NCBI RefSeq assembly: GCF_006345805.1 | Contig: NC_043000.1 | Location: forward strand, 30,442,001-30,506,000 | Length of the DNA stretch: 64,000 bases | Direction: 5' to 3' | From: Octopus sinensis | Taxonomy: Eukaryota | Part shown: positions 39,026-52,284 of the stretch, in pieces | Position numbering within the stretch: position 1 is the first letter of the stretch | Layout: every line of letters starts with the position of its first letter | Made by a program: the position numbers and the translations under genes | Notes under the pieces: model-generated | The model's database searches: none | What the model was told of the DNA's origin: nothing | Seen by the model: the letters and a program-made list of their open reading frames with translations, nothing else

Positions 39026-39254
39026 TTCTTCCGTTTGTAATTACTTAAATTCTTCCTCTGCGAAAGGAGCTGGGTTTCCACCAAAGATGCAAAGATCCGT
39101 GAATGGAATATATATAACGAAACCAATATATCATTTTAAAGTCTTGTATATTTTTATTGTTTCACTTACAGAATATACTGTAATGTGCGAGCTAGTTGGT
39201 TGGTTTCTTTTCCTAAACATCGAAGCTTATCCAAAGTGTTAGTGAGGCACTGCT

Positions 39255-39552
39255 CAAAAAAGTTGTCAACCACCTCACCAATAACAACACTGAACACCTT
39301 TTTGATCTCCATGTGTCTAACACACGTGGACATGCCTACAAAGTCAGAAAACAACACAGCTCCCATGACTTTCGGAAACATTTCTTCACACTCAGAGTTG
39401 CTGAAGCATGGAATAAACTGCCTGCGTCAGTTGTTGACTGCCAAGACACTGCATCCTTTAAGGCCCTCATGCTCTCCGAAATCCGTCGAAACTACACCTG
39501 ATTATATATACACTTTCGATGAGTTGTAGTGCACCTGAGCACTGTACACAAT
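39255..39552 (+). mobile_element. CR1-like LINE 3' fragment
   Basis: TRGHAYKVRKQHSSHDFRKHFFTLRVAEAWNKLP, a CR1/L2 ORF2 C-terminal motif. Confidence 0.8.
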
Positions 39553-39853
39553 GTTTATTATTATTATTATTATAAAATCAAGTGCACCTATCATTTTTGG
39601 CATAAATATATTCATGTGTGCATGTGTGTGTATGTACGCATGCATACACACACACACAAGCACGCACGCACACACATATCATGCATATGTGTATATATGT
39701 GTGCGTGTGTATGTATGTGTGTCTATGTGTTATTTATGAGTGTACTTGTGGCACTAATTAATTAATTTTTTTTATTTATTTATTTGCCAGTGTTCCTTTA
39801 TCCGCTCACCTTTGCTACGTTATATGCGTGTATGTGTGCATGTGTGTGTATGT

Positions 39854-39908
<55 letters not shown>

Positions 39909-40158
39909 CATACATACATATATACATACATACATACATATATACATACATACATATACATCGGTGTGCGTGTGTGTTATTTATGTGTATATGTGAGGAT
40001 GGGTTATTTGCAGTTCGTCGAAAAAGAACGATGGAATATATTCTATCGTTCTCTTTTGACGAACTGCAAGTAACCCCCAGGCTATCAACAAGGAATAAGT
40101 AATGCGGTAGATTTGTTCGACCAAAACTTTGAAGAGAGTGCAGCAAAATAGTCGCCGT

Positions 40159-40850
40159 GAAGGCGGCGAGCTGGCAGAAACGTTAGCCCGCCGGGCGAAA
40201 TGCTTAGTGGGCAGTAAAGAAATAGGTATTTCGTCTGTTTTTATATTCTGAGTTCAAATTCCACCAAGGTCGACTTTGCCTCTCATCCTTTCGGGCTCGA
40301 TAAATTAAGTTCCAGTTGCGTACTGAGGCCGAGCTAATCAACTGGACACCTCCCCCAAAATTTCAGATCTTGTGCCTAGAGTAGAAAATAATTAAAAACA
40401 GAAGATTACATATATACAGGCCTTACGCACAGTTTCCGAAATAACAAATTGCCTCAGAAAAGTCATTTTCTCAAGTTACTACGCAATGGGACTGAACCTG
40501 AAGTCATGGGCTCGCAAATCAACCTGTTAACCACACAGCCAATCATGCGCCCGCGTATATATTTAGCCATAAGTATACAAAATGGGATTGTAAAATATTT
40601 AACCGCTTACTATGTAGTTTTCTTTACTACCCACAAGGGGCTAAACACAGAGGGGACAAACAAGGAGAGACAAACGGATTAAGTCGATTACATCGACCCC
40701 AGTGCGTAATTGGTACTTAATTTATCGACCCCGAAAGGATGAAAGGCAAAGTCGACCTCGATGGTATTTGAACTCAGAACGTAGCGGCAGTCGAAATACG
40801 GCTACGCATTTCGCCCGGCGTGCTAACGATTCTGCCAGCTCGCCGCCTTA
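40159..40850. mobile_element. SINE family B copies (40159-40390 +; 40620-40850 -)
   Basis: Head AAGGCGGCGAGCTGGCAGAA and body homology. Confidence 0.8.
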
Positions 40851-41689
40851 CCGCATACTATATATCGCTGTTATTTTTCGCTGAGAGACAATCTGCATGT
40901 AAATGATACTCAGCCTAATAACTAGAAATATATTACTGTTGACAACAATAGGTATTTTTCTGTATAAACCCTACGGTATATTCCAATGTACTAAAACATT
41001 GTAAACCGAGCAATCCAGCATATGATATTCTTAAAGTTACCGAAGAGCAGTTATGTAGCGATGAAAGGTTTAAAACCTTTACTTCATATGCTAATTACAT
41101 TAGCGGCATGCGTTTCTTTAAACTGGCGTATTTTTATATCGTTTTGTTATGTTTTGTTTACAGGAAATTTGTATTATTCCGAGTGATGGAGAAAAATAGA
41201 ACGGAAAACAAACAGCTCTATGGCTCTGGTAAATAAACATATTAATTAATGAAATTTTCAGTTACACACTGACATAAAAAAAAAAACAAGATAAAATGTG
41301 ACTGGAATATTTCGTTCTTTCCTACAAAGTAAACATGTGACTGGCATAATTCGATTATGGAAATAATTTCATATTCTTATTTATTTAGGAGAAAACGCCA
41401 AAGGATATCTTTAGGATTTCACCCACTCTAGTTTCTAAGTAAATTGCATTGTGTGTAGATGCTATTAGTCATGTAGCCATGGATTAAATTAAATTCACTG
41501 GTGAATAGGTGAAATGCTTCTCTACAGAATGATGGCGAGATTGAAAAATTCGTTCGGTAAATTTCCTTCCCACATCACAGTAATAATGCTTTCTTATATC
41601 AATAAAATATAACGTTAACCTGCTTAAAAGCTTTTTTTTTTATTATACGACAAAATTATACGACAAAATACGTAAACTTGATGCTGCCA

Positions 41690-42320
41690 AATATCGATTT
41701 CAAATTTTGGCACAAGGCCAACAATTTTGCAGGAGGGGATAAGTCAAGTACATGGAGGCTAGTGCTTAACTGGTACTTACTTTATCGACAGCAAAAGGAT
41801 TAAAGGAAAAATCGACCTCGGTGGAATTTGAACACAGAAAGTGACGACGGGCAAAATGGTGCTAAGAATTTTCCTGGTGTCCTAACATTTCTGCCATCTC
41901 ACCGCCTTTGTTTTTTTTAGATATTACCCAAAATGCAAAGAACTCTCAAAAAACAAATATTTGAAACTTCTATACCAGCATGCAGAGCATGAACGACATA
42001 AGCATACCAAGAATAATGAAGGCATTAAATATATTTCTCATCCTTTCTGCTTCGATAAAACCAGCGCCACTTGAGCATCGTCTTATCCCCTTCCCCGCAA
42101 ACATTTTAAGCCTTGTGCCTGAGGAAGGATGCTTATGTGTCACGATAAAACAGTGAGCTGGCAGAATCGTTAGCACCCCTGACAAAATCCATCGAGGGAT
42201 TTCCTCCTGCTTTACGTCCTTTTGGGATCGATAAAATAAGTACCAGTTGATATTTGGGGTAGACGTAATTGACGGACCCCATGGTCCTCAAAATTTTAGG
42301 CCTTGTAACAATAGTACAAA
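41690..42320. mobile_element. Diverged SINE family B copies (41690-41910 -; 42150-42320 +)
   Basis: GGCACAAGGCC..CGACCTCGGTGGAATTTGAAC and GAGCTGGCAGAATCGTTAGCAC motifs. Confidence 0.65.
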
Positions 42321-42988
42321 TAATTATTATGGGCCTCGTTATAGAATATGATACATGCTAACTCTAATTAAGGACCACATAATAATCCAAACGCGATGAC
42401 AAAAACTCATAAGAGACTGTTTTCTACCATTTCTTGAATCTCTGTTTAAGGACAAAAATATTACATTCGCAAATCTTTCATTAGTAATGTAATTTTATAG
42501 ATGAAAAGCAAAAGGTGTTTTAATTGGCGTTGATGATATCATTGTCAATACTATCGACACTTCCTAGCAACATAGGTTTTCTTTGAAGTATTCACAAACC
42601 AATGCTTGAAAAGCTGTTAGTTTACTGGTATCTAACAAGAACCGTTAATTTAGTGAACTCTAACCTCCCACGTCACTAATTATTTTATATCAATCAATCT
42701 TAATTATATTCATCGGAATGAAATTATGAGACAACCGTCTCATACAATATTCCTGGTATCTGTTACAAATATTCCTGTTGACTATTACAAATAGTAACTT
42801 GTATATTTATTATATAGATATCTTATTAAAAGAAAAAAACACGGAGATTACTAGTCGTCTATAATTCCTCTCATTATAGTCTTTGCTGTAATATATTTTA
42901 CTATGACTTGTATTTTAACTATGCAAAAGTTGCTTCCTTACACTATTTTTCTTCAAAAGCTAAAGACTATATATATGTGTATATATAT

Positions 42989-43025
<37 letters not shown>

Positions 43026-43076
43026 TATATATATATATAAATAGATATAGATAGATATATATAGATATAGATAGAT

Positions 43077-43137
<61 letters not shown>

Positions 43138-43283
43138 AAATATCATGTACATTAAAACACATTAAGAGGTTTCCATCATAGGAATGCCTTGCGTTAGAAA
43201 GAACAGTTAAAGTCCAAGCCACTAATTAAGGATAAATTCTCGAAGGGAATGAAAAATAAAAACATTTACCATCTAATTCAATT

Positions 43284-43350
43284 CCCGGACCATGGTTTTT
43301 GACTTATTTCAGTAAAATATAAATTTACTGAGGCCGTCTTCTTCAGAAGA
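43284..43350 (-). ncRNA. Degenerate hammerhead relic
   Basis: CUGAAGA, extended stem II (UCAGUAAA/UUUACUGA), AAAA instead of GAAA, palindromic ACCAUGGU, then C. Stem I is weak. Confidence 0.4.
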
Positions 43351-43434
43351 CCACTAGTAGTAAAAATTTCTATAATTTTGATTACCCTGATATTATTCAT
43401 TGTGTTATATATATATATATGTGTGTGTGTGTGT

Positions 43435-43473
<39 letters not shown>

Positions 43474-43503
43474 TGTATGTATGTATGTATGTATGTATGT
43501 ATG

Positions 43504-43537
<34 letters not shown>

Positions 43538-43541
43538 TATA

Positions 43542-44770
43542 CGGGTTGGACAAAATAATGGAGACACCTTAAAATTTCAAACAAATTTATTTTAATATGG
43601 GGTAGCGCCGACTTTGTTAGTAATTACAGCTTGCATTCTACGAGGTATGGACTCGTACAAAGTTGGAATTGTTTCCAAAGGAATTTGTGTCCATTCTTCA
43701 GCTAAATCAGTCTCCTGGTCTTGTAGTGATGATGGTGGAGGATATCGACTCCTTACTTGTTTTTCTAAAATGCACCATAAATGTTCAATAATATTGAGAT
43801 TTGGGGACTGTGGTGGTCAGATAAAATGTCCAACTTCACTAGAATTTTCCTCATGCTATTTCAGTAAGAAATTTAGTTGTGTAAATTGGTGCATTATCAT
43901 CCTGGAAGATTGAGTTGCCCTCCGGAAACAGCTCCGCAGGTATAGGATGGATTTGATCAGATAAAATGCTTAAATAGTCTTCACTATTAATTGTGCCATG
44001 AAGGGAAACCATTGGACTGGCGGATCCCCAAGATATAGTTCCCCTCCCCTGATCATCAAAGATCCTCCTCCAATTTTAACAGTTGGAAGAAGGCAGTCTG
44101 AGTCAAATAATTCTTTTGGCTGTCTCCACACGTATACTCAACTGGGGGTCGGAAATAAAGTAAAGGATGACTCGTCCGAGAAAATAACATTCCTCCACTG
44201 CTCTAAAGTCAATTTTGTAGGTTGTTACTCGACTCTAAGCACTTTGCAACGTTTGTTTTTGAAAGTAGTGGTTTTATGATTGCAGCCCTCCCATAAAATC
44301 TGGCTTTGTGCAGCTCCTGTCAAACAGTTTTTGTGGAAACTAGGTTCTTGAGGTGGTCATTAAGCTCTGCAGTAATTTTGGGAGCTGTACTTTTGTGATT
44401 CTTTCTTACAAGTTGCGTAAGAGTCCGATGGTCCCTATCTTAAAGTTTTGGCTCTCTTCCGAAGTTTTGTTTCGACGAGGAGGCTTTTCCCTCTTTCTCA
44501 AAAGCTGTCATTACTTTCGAGACAGTACTTCTTGAAACACCTATCACTTTGTCTGTTTTCTTTACGCAAACGGCTGCCATATGAGTACCAACAATTTGAC
44601 CTCTTTGAAAGTTTGATAGATTTGCCATTTTAGAAGCAATTTTACCAAAACATATTAAGCAACACTAATAATATATCAAAGAACCTAAAAAATAGATGCT
44701 TTTGACGGTTTTATAGATATTTCAAAATTATATTGCTATAATGGGTGTTTCCATTATTTTGTCCAACTCC

Positions 44771-44772
<2 letters not shown>
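43542..44772 (-). mobile_element. Decayed Tc1-like transposon
   Basis: TIRs GTTGGACAAAATAATGGAGACACC / GGTGTTTCCATTATTTTGTCCAAC with TA flanks. N-terminal ORF MANLSNFQRGQIVG.. (44440-44628); FSDES and QDDNAPIH motifs on -. Confidence 0.88.
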
Positions 44773-44821
<49 letters not shown>

Positions 44822-44892
44822 AGGGAGAATTCATGTAAAAAAGCAAAAGACGAAGACAGGTGGTGTAGAAAACAAACGGGAATTGAAAAAGT

Positions 44893-44928
44893 CTTTTACG
44901 TTTCGAGCCTACGCTCTTCCTCAGAAAG
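44893..44928 (-). ncRNA. Minimal type-I hammerhead candidate within a PLE-like terminal repeat (~44835-44990)
   Basis: CUUU-CUGAGGA-A-GAGC GUAG GCUC-GAA-ACGU-A-AAAG; one extra A before stem II. Confidence 0.55.
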
Positions 44929-45281
44929 GAACACAGAAAGAAACAAGGAGAGAGAAAAATTCTGTAGTGGCTACCGATCTATCATGGCGACTCTATGTAC
45001 ACACACACACACACACACACACATACACACACACACACACACATGTATATATATGTTATAGCAAGGATATATATTGTTCTTAAAAGGGATTTTAGCATAC
45101 AAGTTTCCCCAGTTTAACCATGTATATCGGTGAAATACTCAGGGGTCACGTTTTACTTGCTAGTATAGGTGTTTGTTATTTAGTAATAGGCACAAATATT
45201 AAAAACGTTACAGAGCCCCGGTATACTTTAATTGATGCGTGTTTCACTTCGATATATATGGGTATATTTTCATACAATAAA

Positions 45282-45591
45282 TGTTAACGAAGTAGACGGA
45301 GAGCTTTAACTGATAACATCCATTTATTAACATATTTATTAACAATTGTTTCCATATCCAACTCATTCAAATTACAAATTCTTAAACTAAAAAGGCATTT
45401 TGAATATTGCAAGTTAAATATTTCTTCAGGGCGAAGAAATATTTAACTTGCAATTTTCAAAATATAATTTTAATTTATAAATTTGTAATTTGAATGAGTC
45501 GGATATGGAGACAATTCTAGGCGAGTGTAAATTAACAATATGTTAATAAATGGATGTTATGAGTTAAAACTATCCGTTTTCTTCTTTAACA
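45282..45591. repeat. Fold-back of a PLE-like terminal repeat, turning within a hammerhead
   Basis: Arms 45282-45427 and 45433-45591. The - arm has CGCC-CUGAAGA...GAAACAAUUGU; the + arm has ..GAGACAAUUC-UA-GGCG. Confidence 0.75.
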
Positions 45592-45687
45592 CTTAACATA
45601 TACTATATATACATACATACTACATACATACATACATACATACATACATACATACTATACATACATACATATATATACATATATATA

Positions 45688-45731
<44 letters not shown>

Positions 45732-45743
45732 GATATATATATA

Positions 45744-45788
<45 letters not shown>

Positions 45789-45800
45789 TATATATATATA

Positions 45801-47315
45801 AGCAAGCTGAAAGAGGGAATAATATGCCCAATACATAAAGGGGGAAGTAGAACAGATGCCAAAAACTATAGGCCTATCTCTCTGACTTCACACATCAGCA
45901 AAGTCATGGAACGCATAGTCAGAAAGAAACTAATTGCATTCCTTGAGGAAAATAACTTGCTGAGTGATACCCAGCATTGTTTTCGACCAGGTAGGAGCTG
46001 CCTGACCCAGCTCTTACAACATTATGACTGGGTGTTGAGGCAGTTACTCAACAAATCAAATGTGGACGTAATCTACCTTGATTTTGCAAAAGCTTTTGAC
46101 AAGGTGGATCATGGTATGATATGCCACAAACTGTGTGACCTCGGCATAGCTGGAAAACTTGGAGTGTGGTTACATGACTTCCTGAAAGATAGGAGTCAGG
46201 CAGTAGTGGTTAACGGAGCCACCTCTATGACCACACACATAGTGAGCGGTGTTCCACAGGGCACTGTCTTGGGACCACTGCTTTTTATAGTGGCCCTCTC
46301 AGATATGCCCTCAAATGCCCGGTTAACCACTCTGGCCAGCTATGCAGACGATACGAAAGTCTCGCAGAAAATACAGAACCCCAGCGATGTTGCACACCTG
46401 CAGCAGGAGTTGGACTCAATCTACAGATGGGCTGAGGATAATAATATGCAGTTTAATGGTGAAAAATTCCAGGCCCTGCGCTACCGGCATCCAAAACTGA
46501 ATATTAAACTTACAGGATACACCGGTCCACAGGGAATTTCAATCCCAGAGCCTAAGTCTGTGAGGGACCTGGGTATCGACATGAGTGATGATACCTCTTT
46601 CCAAGTGCACATTACCAGGATGGCGACAAAGTGCAGGCGACTGGCTGGGTGGATCCTAAGAAAATTCAGAACCAGAGATAAGGAAACCAAGATGGTCCTC
46701 TGGCGACATTTGTCCTCAGCCGCCTGGATTACTGCTCACAGCTATGGTCACCCACCAGTGTAAAATTAACAGCGGACCTTGAAGAAATCCAGAGAAGATT
46801 CACAAAGAAGATCGTCTCTTTGCAACAGCTCAGCTACTGGGAAAGGTTGAAACAGCTAAGACTCTACTCCCTGGAGAGAAGACGGGAGAGGTATGCAGTA
46901 ATATATTTCTGGAAGATCCTGGAAGGAATTGTACCAAATTTTGGCATTGTAAGCTACACTAATGCTAGAACGAGTCGACACTGCATAGTGCCAAAGATCC
47001 CAGCAATGCCATCACGCTTCAGGACCAGCTTCTGCAACAGCCTGGGTTTCAAGGGCCCACAGCTTTTTAATATTTTCCCAAAGAGTCTGAGGAACTTGCA
47101 CAAAGTAGATGTAGCGGTTTTTAAATCAAAGCTGGACATCTTCCTATCGAGAGTCCCAGATGAACGTACCTCACGGCAAGAGGTGCAAATGAGAGTAGCT
47201 ATATCAAACTCCATTCTTCACCAAGTGCCACATATTAGACGAGGTTCTTCGCAATAACAGTGTAGCACAAAACGGCGGTGCATCAGCATGGCCGCAGCTC
47301 TGAGCTGAAACTAGA
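45801..47315 (+). mobile_element. 5'-truncated CR1-clade LINE (RT and C-terminus)
   Basis: NYRPISLTSHISKVMERIV, QHCFRPGRSC, DFAKAFDKVDH, GVPQGTVLGP, YADD, SYWERLKQLRLYSLERRRER; frameshift near 46710; stem-loop 3' tail. Confidence 0.92.
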
Positions 47316-47326
47316 GAAAAAAAAAG

Positions 47327-47365
<39 letters not shown>

Positions 47366-47419
47366 ATAGAAATATGATACAAAAAGAAAATAGAAACTAC
47401 ACGTGTAAATGTAAGGGGA

Positions 47420-47604
47420 AGCAGGAGTGAAGAACAGCTCTTTCGAGAGGTTACACTTACCGCTTATGATGTTGTGAGCGAGAATGAGATCAGCACGGCG
47501 TCGTTGTTTTTCTAGAGAATAAAGGTCGAGTGTCTTCAGCCTTTCTTCATAAGACATACATACATACATACATACATACATACATACATACGTACGTACG
47601 TACG

Positions 47605-47666
<62 letters not shown>

Positions 47667-47992
47667 ACATATATATATATGTATATATGTATATACGTAT
47701 GTATGTATGTATATATATATATACATATATATGTATATATGTATATACGTATGTATGTATGTATGTATGTATGTATGTATGTATGTATGTATGTATGTAT
47801 GTATGTCTTATGAAGAAAGCCTGAAGACGCTCGACCTTTATTCTCTAGAAAAACGACGACGCCGTGGTGATCTCATTCTTGCTCACAACATCATAAGCGG
47901 TAAGTGTAACCTCTCGAAAGAGCTGTTCTTCACTCCTGCTCCAGAGCGTCGGCTGCGGGATCACTCCGGAAAGCTCTATCTGCGACGATTTC
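47420..47992. repeat. Inverted pair of CR1 C-terminal fragments around a microsatellite
   Basis: 47420-47556 (-) and 47804-47992 (+) both encode [29 protein letters not shown]. Confidence 0.8.
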
Positions 47993-48022
47993 ATACATAC
48001 ATACATATATACGTATATACAT

Positions 48023-48095
<73 letters not shown>

Positions 48096-48098
48096 AAA

Positions 48099-48238
48099 GG
48101 GCACATGAAAAAACAAAGACGGATCATTCGGAGTTTTCTTTCGTCAGTCGTGTTCCAGTAGCCGAAACTGCAATGGAAATCTGGAAAGCGACTGAAGAAA
48201 GGAAACTCCGAATGACCAATCCTTGGTTTTTCATGCCC
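48099..48238. repeat. Short fold-back repeat (~50-bp arms) next to (TA)n
   Basis: CATGAAAAA..CATTCGGAGTTT..TCAGTCG / CGACTGA..AAACTCCGAATG..TTTTTCATG; weakly similar to 3165-3290. Confidence 0.6.
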
Positions 48239-48348
48239 TCTCTTTGTGTCATCCAACTGTTGGATGATTTTTGTTGCCTGTTGCTTTCTTGTCCCAATGT
48301 TTATATTATTTTTATATACATATAGCGCGTATGTACACTTTGGTCTCT

Positions 48349-48386
<38 letters not shown>

Positions 48387-48790
48387 CTCTTTTACTCTTT
48401 TACTTGTTTCAGTCATTTGACTGCGGCGATGCTGGAGCACCGCCTTTAATCGAGTAACTCGACCCCGTGACTTATTCTTTTGTAAGCCCAGTACTTATTC
48501 TATCGGTCTCTTGTGCCGAACCGCTAAGTAACGGGGACATAAACACACCAGCATCGGTTGTCAAGCAATGCTAGGGGAACAAACACAGACACACAAACAC
48601 ACACACGCATACATATATACATATATACGACGGGCTTCTTTCAGTGTCCGTCTACCAAATCCACTCACAAGGCTTTGGTCGGCCCGAGGCTATAGTAGAA
48701 GACACTTGCCCAAGGTGCCACGCAGTGGGACTGAACCCGGAACCATGTGGTTGGTAAACAAGCTACTTACCACACAGCCACACCTGCGCC
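48387..48790 (-). mobile_element. Full-length tRNA-derived SINE, family C
   Basis: Minus strand: GGCGCAGG TGTGGCTGTGTGG (A box), GGTTCAGTCCC (B box), CCTTGGGCAAGTG CORE-like, internal microsatellite, LINE-like tail ending (AGTAAAAG)n. Confidence 0.88.
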
Positions 48791-49369
48791 TATATATATA
48801 TACATACGTTGTATATGTCTTTGTGTCTTTGTTTGTTCCTCAAAACCACTTGACAACCTGTGCTGGTGTGTTTATATCACTGTTACTTAGAGGTTCGGCA
48901 AATGCTGCCGACAAAATACGTACCCAGCTTTAAAACAAAGCACTGGTGTCGATACAATCGAGTAAGAAATTTTCAAGGCGGTGCTCCAGCATGACCGCGG
49001 TCTATTGACTAACACAGAAGAGAAATAATTATTTTCGCTGCTTGATTCTCAACCAAGAATAAAACAGAGAAAACCAATCCCTAATTGTATGCCTTGGGGC
49101 CTCTCACAACATTGAAACATTCAAAGGAAAACTAATTCAATTACAATTGAAAAACATTTATTTTTTCTACATCAAAGAAATCCATTGGGAAACATCAGTC
49201 TTCTTCTTCGCAATAAAATAATTTATTCCGCAGTGAAATTGATGTATTTAGGGGTTGGTGAAACAGACTATCGTTAATTCTCACGAACTTCTTATGCAAA
49301 TGTTGTTAATCCCGATAGGGATTATCCTGTGATAATTGGGTTTCGTTTGATCGCAATACGAAATTCGTT

Positions 49370-49620
49370 TTCTTTGTGTTCCCTGCAATCCAGTTCTGCT
49401 CGTAGGATGTGGCACTTCTATTGATGCAGCTTAACCAGGCTAGGTGGCTCTGTGTTTGCATTTCCCAGGTGTCGACATTGATCTCAAAGCCCTTTAGTGA
49501 GACTTTGATTGCGTCCTTGAAGCACTTTTTGTGTCCAACTTGCGTGCGCTTGCCTTCGACCATTTCACTGTGAAACAGTCTCTTGGGTAGTTACGTGTCA
49601 GGCACACGAGCAGCGTGTAA
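49370..49620 (-). mobile_element. RTE-clade LINE C-terminal fragment
   Basis: EGKRTQVGHKKCFKDAIKVSLKGFEINVDTWE resembles the RTE/BovB C-terminus. Confidence 0.6.
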
Positions 49621-50427
49621 CATAACGACAATGGTGACAGAAACGTTCAGAGAAAACGTTTCACAGATTTCGATTTCTGACATTGATCTGTTAAAAACGC
49701 CAATCTTCTTAGCACAATACTAATAATCTATTCCATTATTCCATATTTTCTAAGGAATGGGGTGTTTTTGTAGAGATTACAATGTTTGTGCTGAGATATG
49801 GGATTGAAAATAACTTGCTTAGAATGTGATTTCTTATTAGCACAGCTACGTTTTACACTTTGTGTATAATGCTGTGTGCCCTGGAATGCTTTGTACGTTT
49901 TACAGTAATATTTTTTATCATTGCCCCGTGCTCTGCACTTCATTGTTATTTTTTTAATACTTTCTTCCACCAGTTCTATCTAAATTCGAAGATCATTATA
50001 TTTTGACGATTCTCCATATCAATTCGCGTTATGCTATGATCAGATGGGATTCAGATGCCTACCGGTTTCTTGTTGTTGTTGTCATCGTCGTCGTCGTTGT
50101 TATTCTTTCCTTTTTGCTGTTGTTATTCATCTTCAACACCTGTTAATGCTTTTGTTTTCTTTTTCATCTTCCTTAATACCTCTTTCTGCTTCTCTTTCTG
50201 CTCCTCTTACTGATACTATACTTTTCTCTTTTTCATTATTTGCCTCTACTTTCTCATGATTTGCCGTCGTTGCCAACATCATCCCTATTGCCAGCGTTCT
50301 CCTCCCCTCTCCTTATTATCTTCCTCGTCCACGTATTCATCAACCCACCACAAGATACATAAATACATACATATATACACACATATATATACATATACAT
50401 ATATATACCTATATACATGTATGTATA

Positions 50428-51030
50428 CGAGAGGTATTTGTTAAAGATTCCCCCTGAGCCACTTACCAAGGACTAGGATAAACGAAACTTAGCATAATTA
50501 TTTCTCCTTTTATACATAGCCACCACCAATGGTGAAACACTTCTCCCATCGCTTTATGGAGTTGGGAAGACCTCTTTTGTTGTAGTTGGTGGGTTGCGTC
50601 TGGAGCCAAGACTTTACTTCGGAAATAAGTTTATTATAATCCGAAAAGTGCTTCCCCTTCAAAAAAGATTTCATAGTTAGAAAGAGATGAAAGTGAGATG
50701 GTGCGGGGACGGGAGAGTAAGGGGAATGAGGAAGGATTTCAAAGCCGCAGAAGTTTGGTTTTCATCTGGGCAACATCCACATTGTGAATTTGAGCGATGT
50801 CTTGGAGGAGGCGACTACTTTGGTCAGCATTCTACGCCTCTCTGCTTTGATGGCATCCCGTTATTTCTACAGTAGAGAAGCAAAGTATGTCTCGTTAATT
50901 GTGGTGCTCCTTGTCAGAAAATCCATCATCACTATTCCACGCTGGTCTCAAAAGACTGTGAGCATCACCTTGCCTGCTGAGGAATGGACACGAACCTTCT
51001 CGAGAGCAATTGATTCGTTCCTGCGTGTCC
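50428..51030 (-). mobile_element. Mariner 3' fragment
   Basis: TA + CGAGAGG TIR-like end. Minus strand has degenerate PYSP..., LKGKHF..EVKSWL..RWEKC..GGYV*. Confidence 0.7.
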
Positions 51031-51061
51031 ATGTTTTAATTTAATTCGATTCTATATCTTT

Positions 51062-51149
51062 ATGCAGCTGAGGATTGCTCTGTATTTAAATTGATGTAAT
51101 GACTGCATTGTTCAATTAAATGGAGTTGCTTGAAACGATCGTACAGCAT
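51062..51149 (+). ncRNA. Type-I hammerhead with extended stem II (diverged; family of 57231-57322)
   Basis: ATGCAG-CTGAGGA-...-GAA-ACGATCGT-A-CAGCAT. Downstream CTTGTTGCCTATTTTGATT matches the reverse complement of 57200-57218. Confidence 0.6.
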
Positions 51150-51797
51150 TACCTCTAGATATCCTTGTTGCCTATTTTGATTTTAATCAACTTATTTTGA
51201 AATTGTATGGATAATAACGTACTAAATACTGGTACCTCAACTTAAGTACCTAATTCATTTGAATCTAAATTTTTTATGTATATATTTTTTATGTATATAT
51301 AAGCCTGTCTTATATGTAAATTTATATATCTATGTGTGTGTGTGTGTTCGGGCAATCTTTATATCAAACTTAACGTGGGTGTTTTGTTAGAACTTCAAAT
51401 ACTGTGTTGTTTACCATGAGAGGACCTCTCGTATAGATGCATGGTACACAAAAGCAGTTATGTTTATATCGTCGTAGACAAGAATCGTCTGCTAAGGTCA
51501 CCGGAAGAACAATATCGTGTGATTTTGATCTCTCGGCTCTTTGATGGCAGATGTCCGGTGCCGGTGATCTTGCTGGCTATTTACGACAGCAGTGCATTAA
51601 AAATACTTAAATTCAATATATTATTGACAATGAGATTCGGCTAATAAAGCATGGTAAATGTTTTTAATTTTCATTTCCTTCGAATTTGCTCTTAAATGTG
51701 GTTTGGACTTTTTCACTGTTCTTTCTAGTATGTTAAGCAGCCTGTTAGTGACTTGCCTCTGTGTGTATAAATATATATGTACGTATATATATATACT

Positions 51798-51829
<32 letters not shown>

Positions 51830-51844
51830 TGTATGTCACTGTTG

Positions 51845-52085
51845 CCTAGCTGTATCGGCCTTTGTCTTTCCCTTGGATAACATCGTTAGCGAGAAAAGGG
51901 GAGGGTGGTATGCATGGGTGACTGCTGGTCTTCCATAAACAACCTTGCTTGGACTTTCTAGGTAAAATCCCATGGTCAGTCATGACCGAAGGAGTCTCAG
52001 CCGAACCGCTAAGTGACGAGGACGTAAACACACCAGCATCGGTTGTCAAGCAATGCTAGGGGGACAAACACAGACACACAAACAC

Positions 52086-52116
<31 letters not shown>

Positions 52117-52284
52117 CATATATACGACAGGCTTCTTTCAGTTTCCGTCTACCAAATCCACTCACAAGGCATTGGTCGGCCCGGGGCTATAGCAGAATAC
52201 AGTTGCCCAAGATGCCACGCAGTGGGACTGAACCGGAACCATGTGGTTGGTTAGCAAGCTACTTACCACACAGCCACTCCAGCG

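Noticed and set aside
39169-39251. Possible minus-strand exon (CLTNTLDKLRCLGKETNQLARTLQYIL) with a GTAAGT donor
   Set aside because: The acceptor falls at a CR1 junction, and there is no recognisable protein or partner exon; needs RNA-seq.
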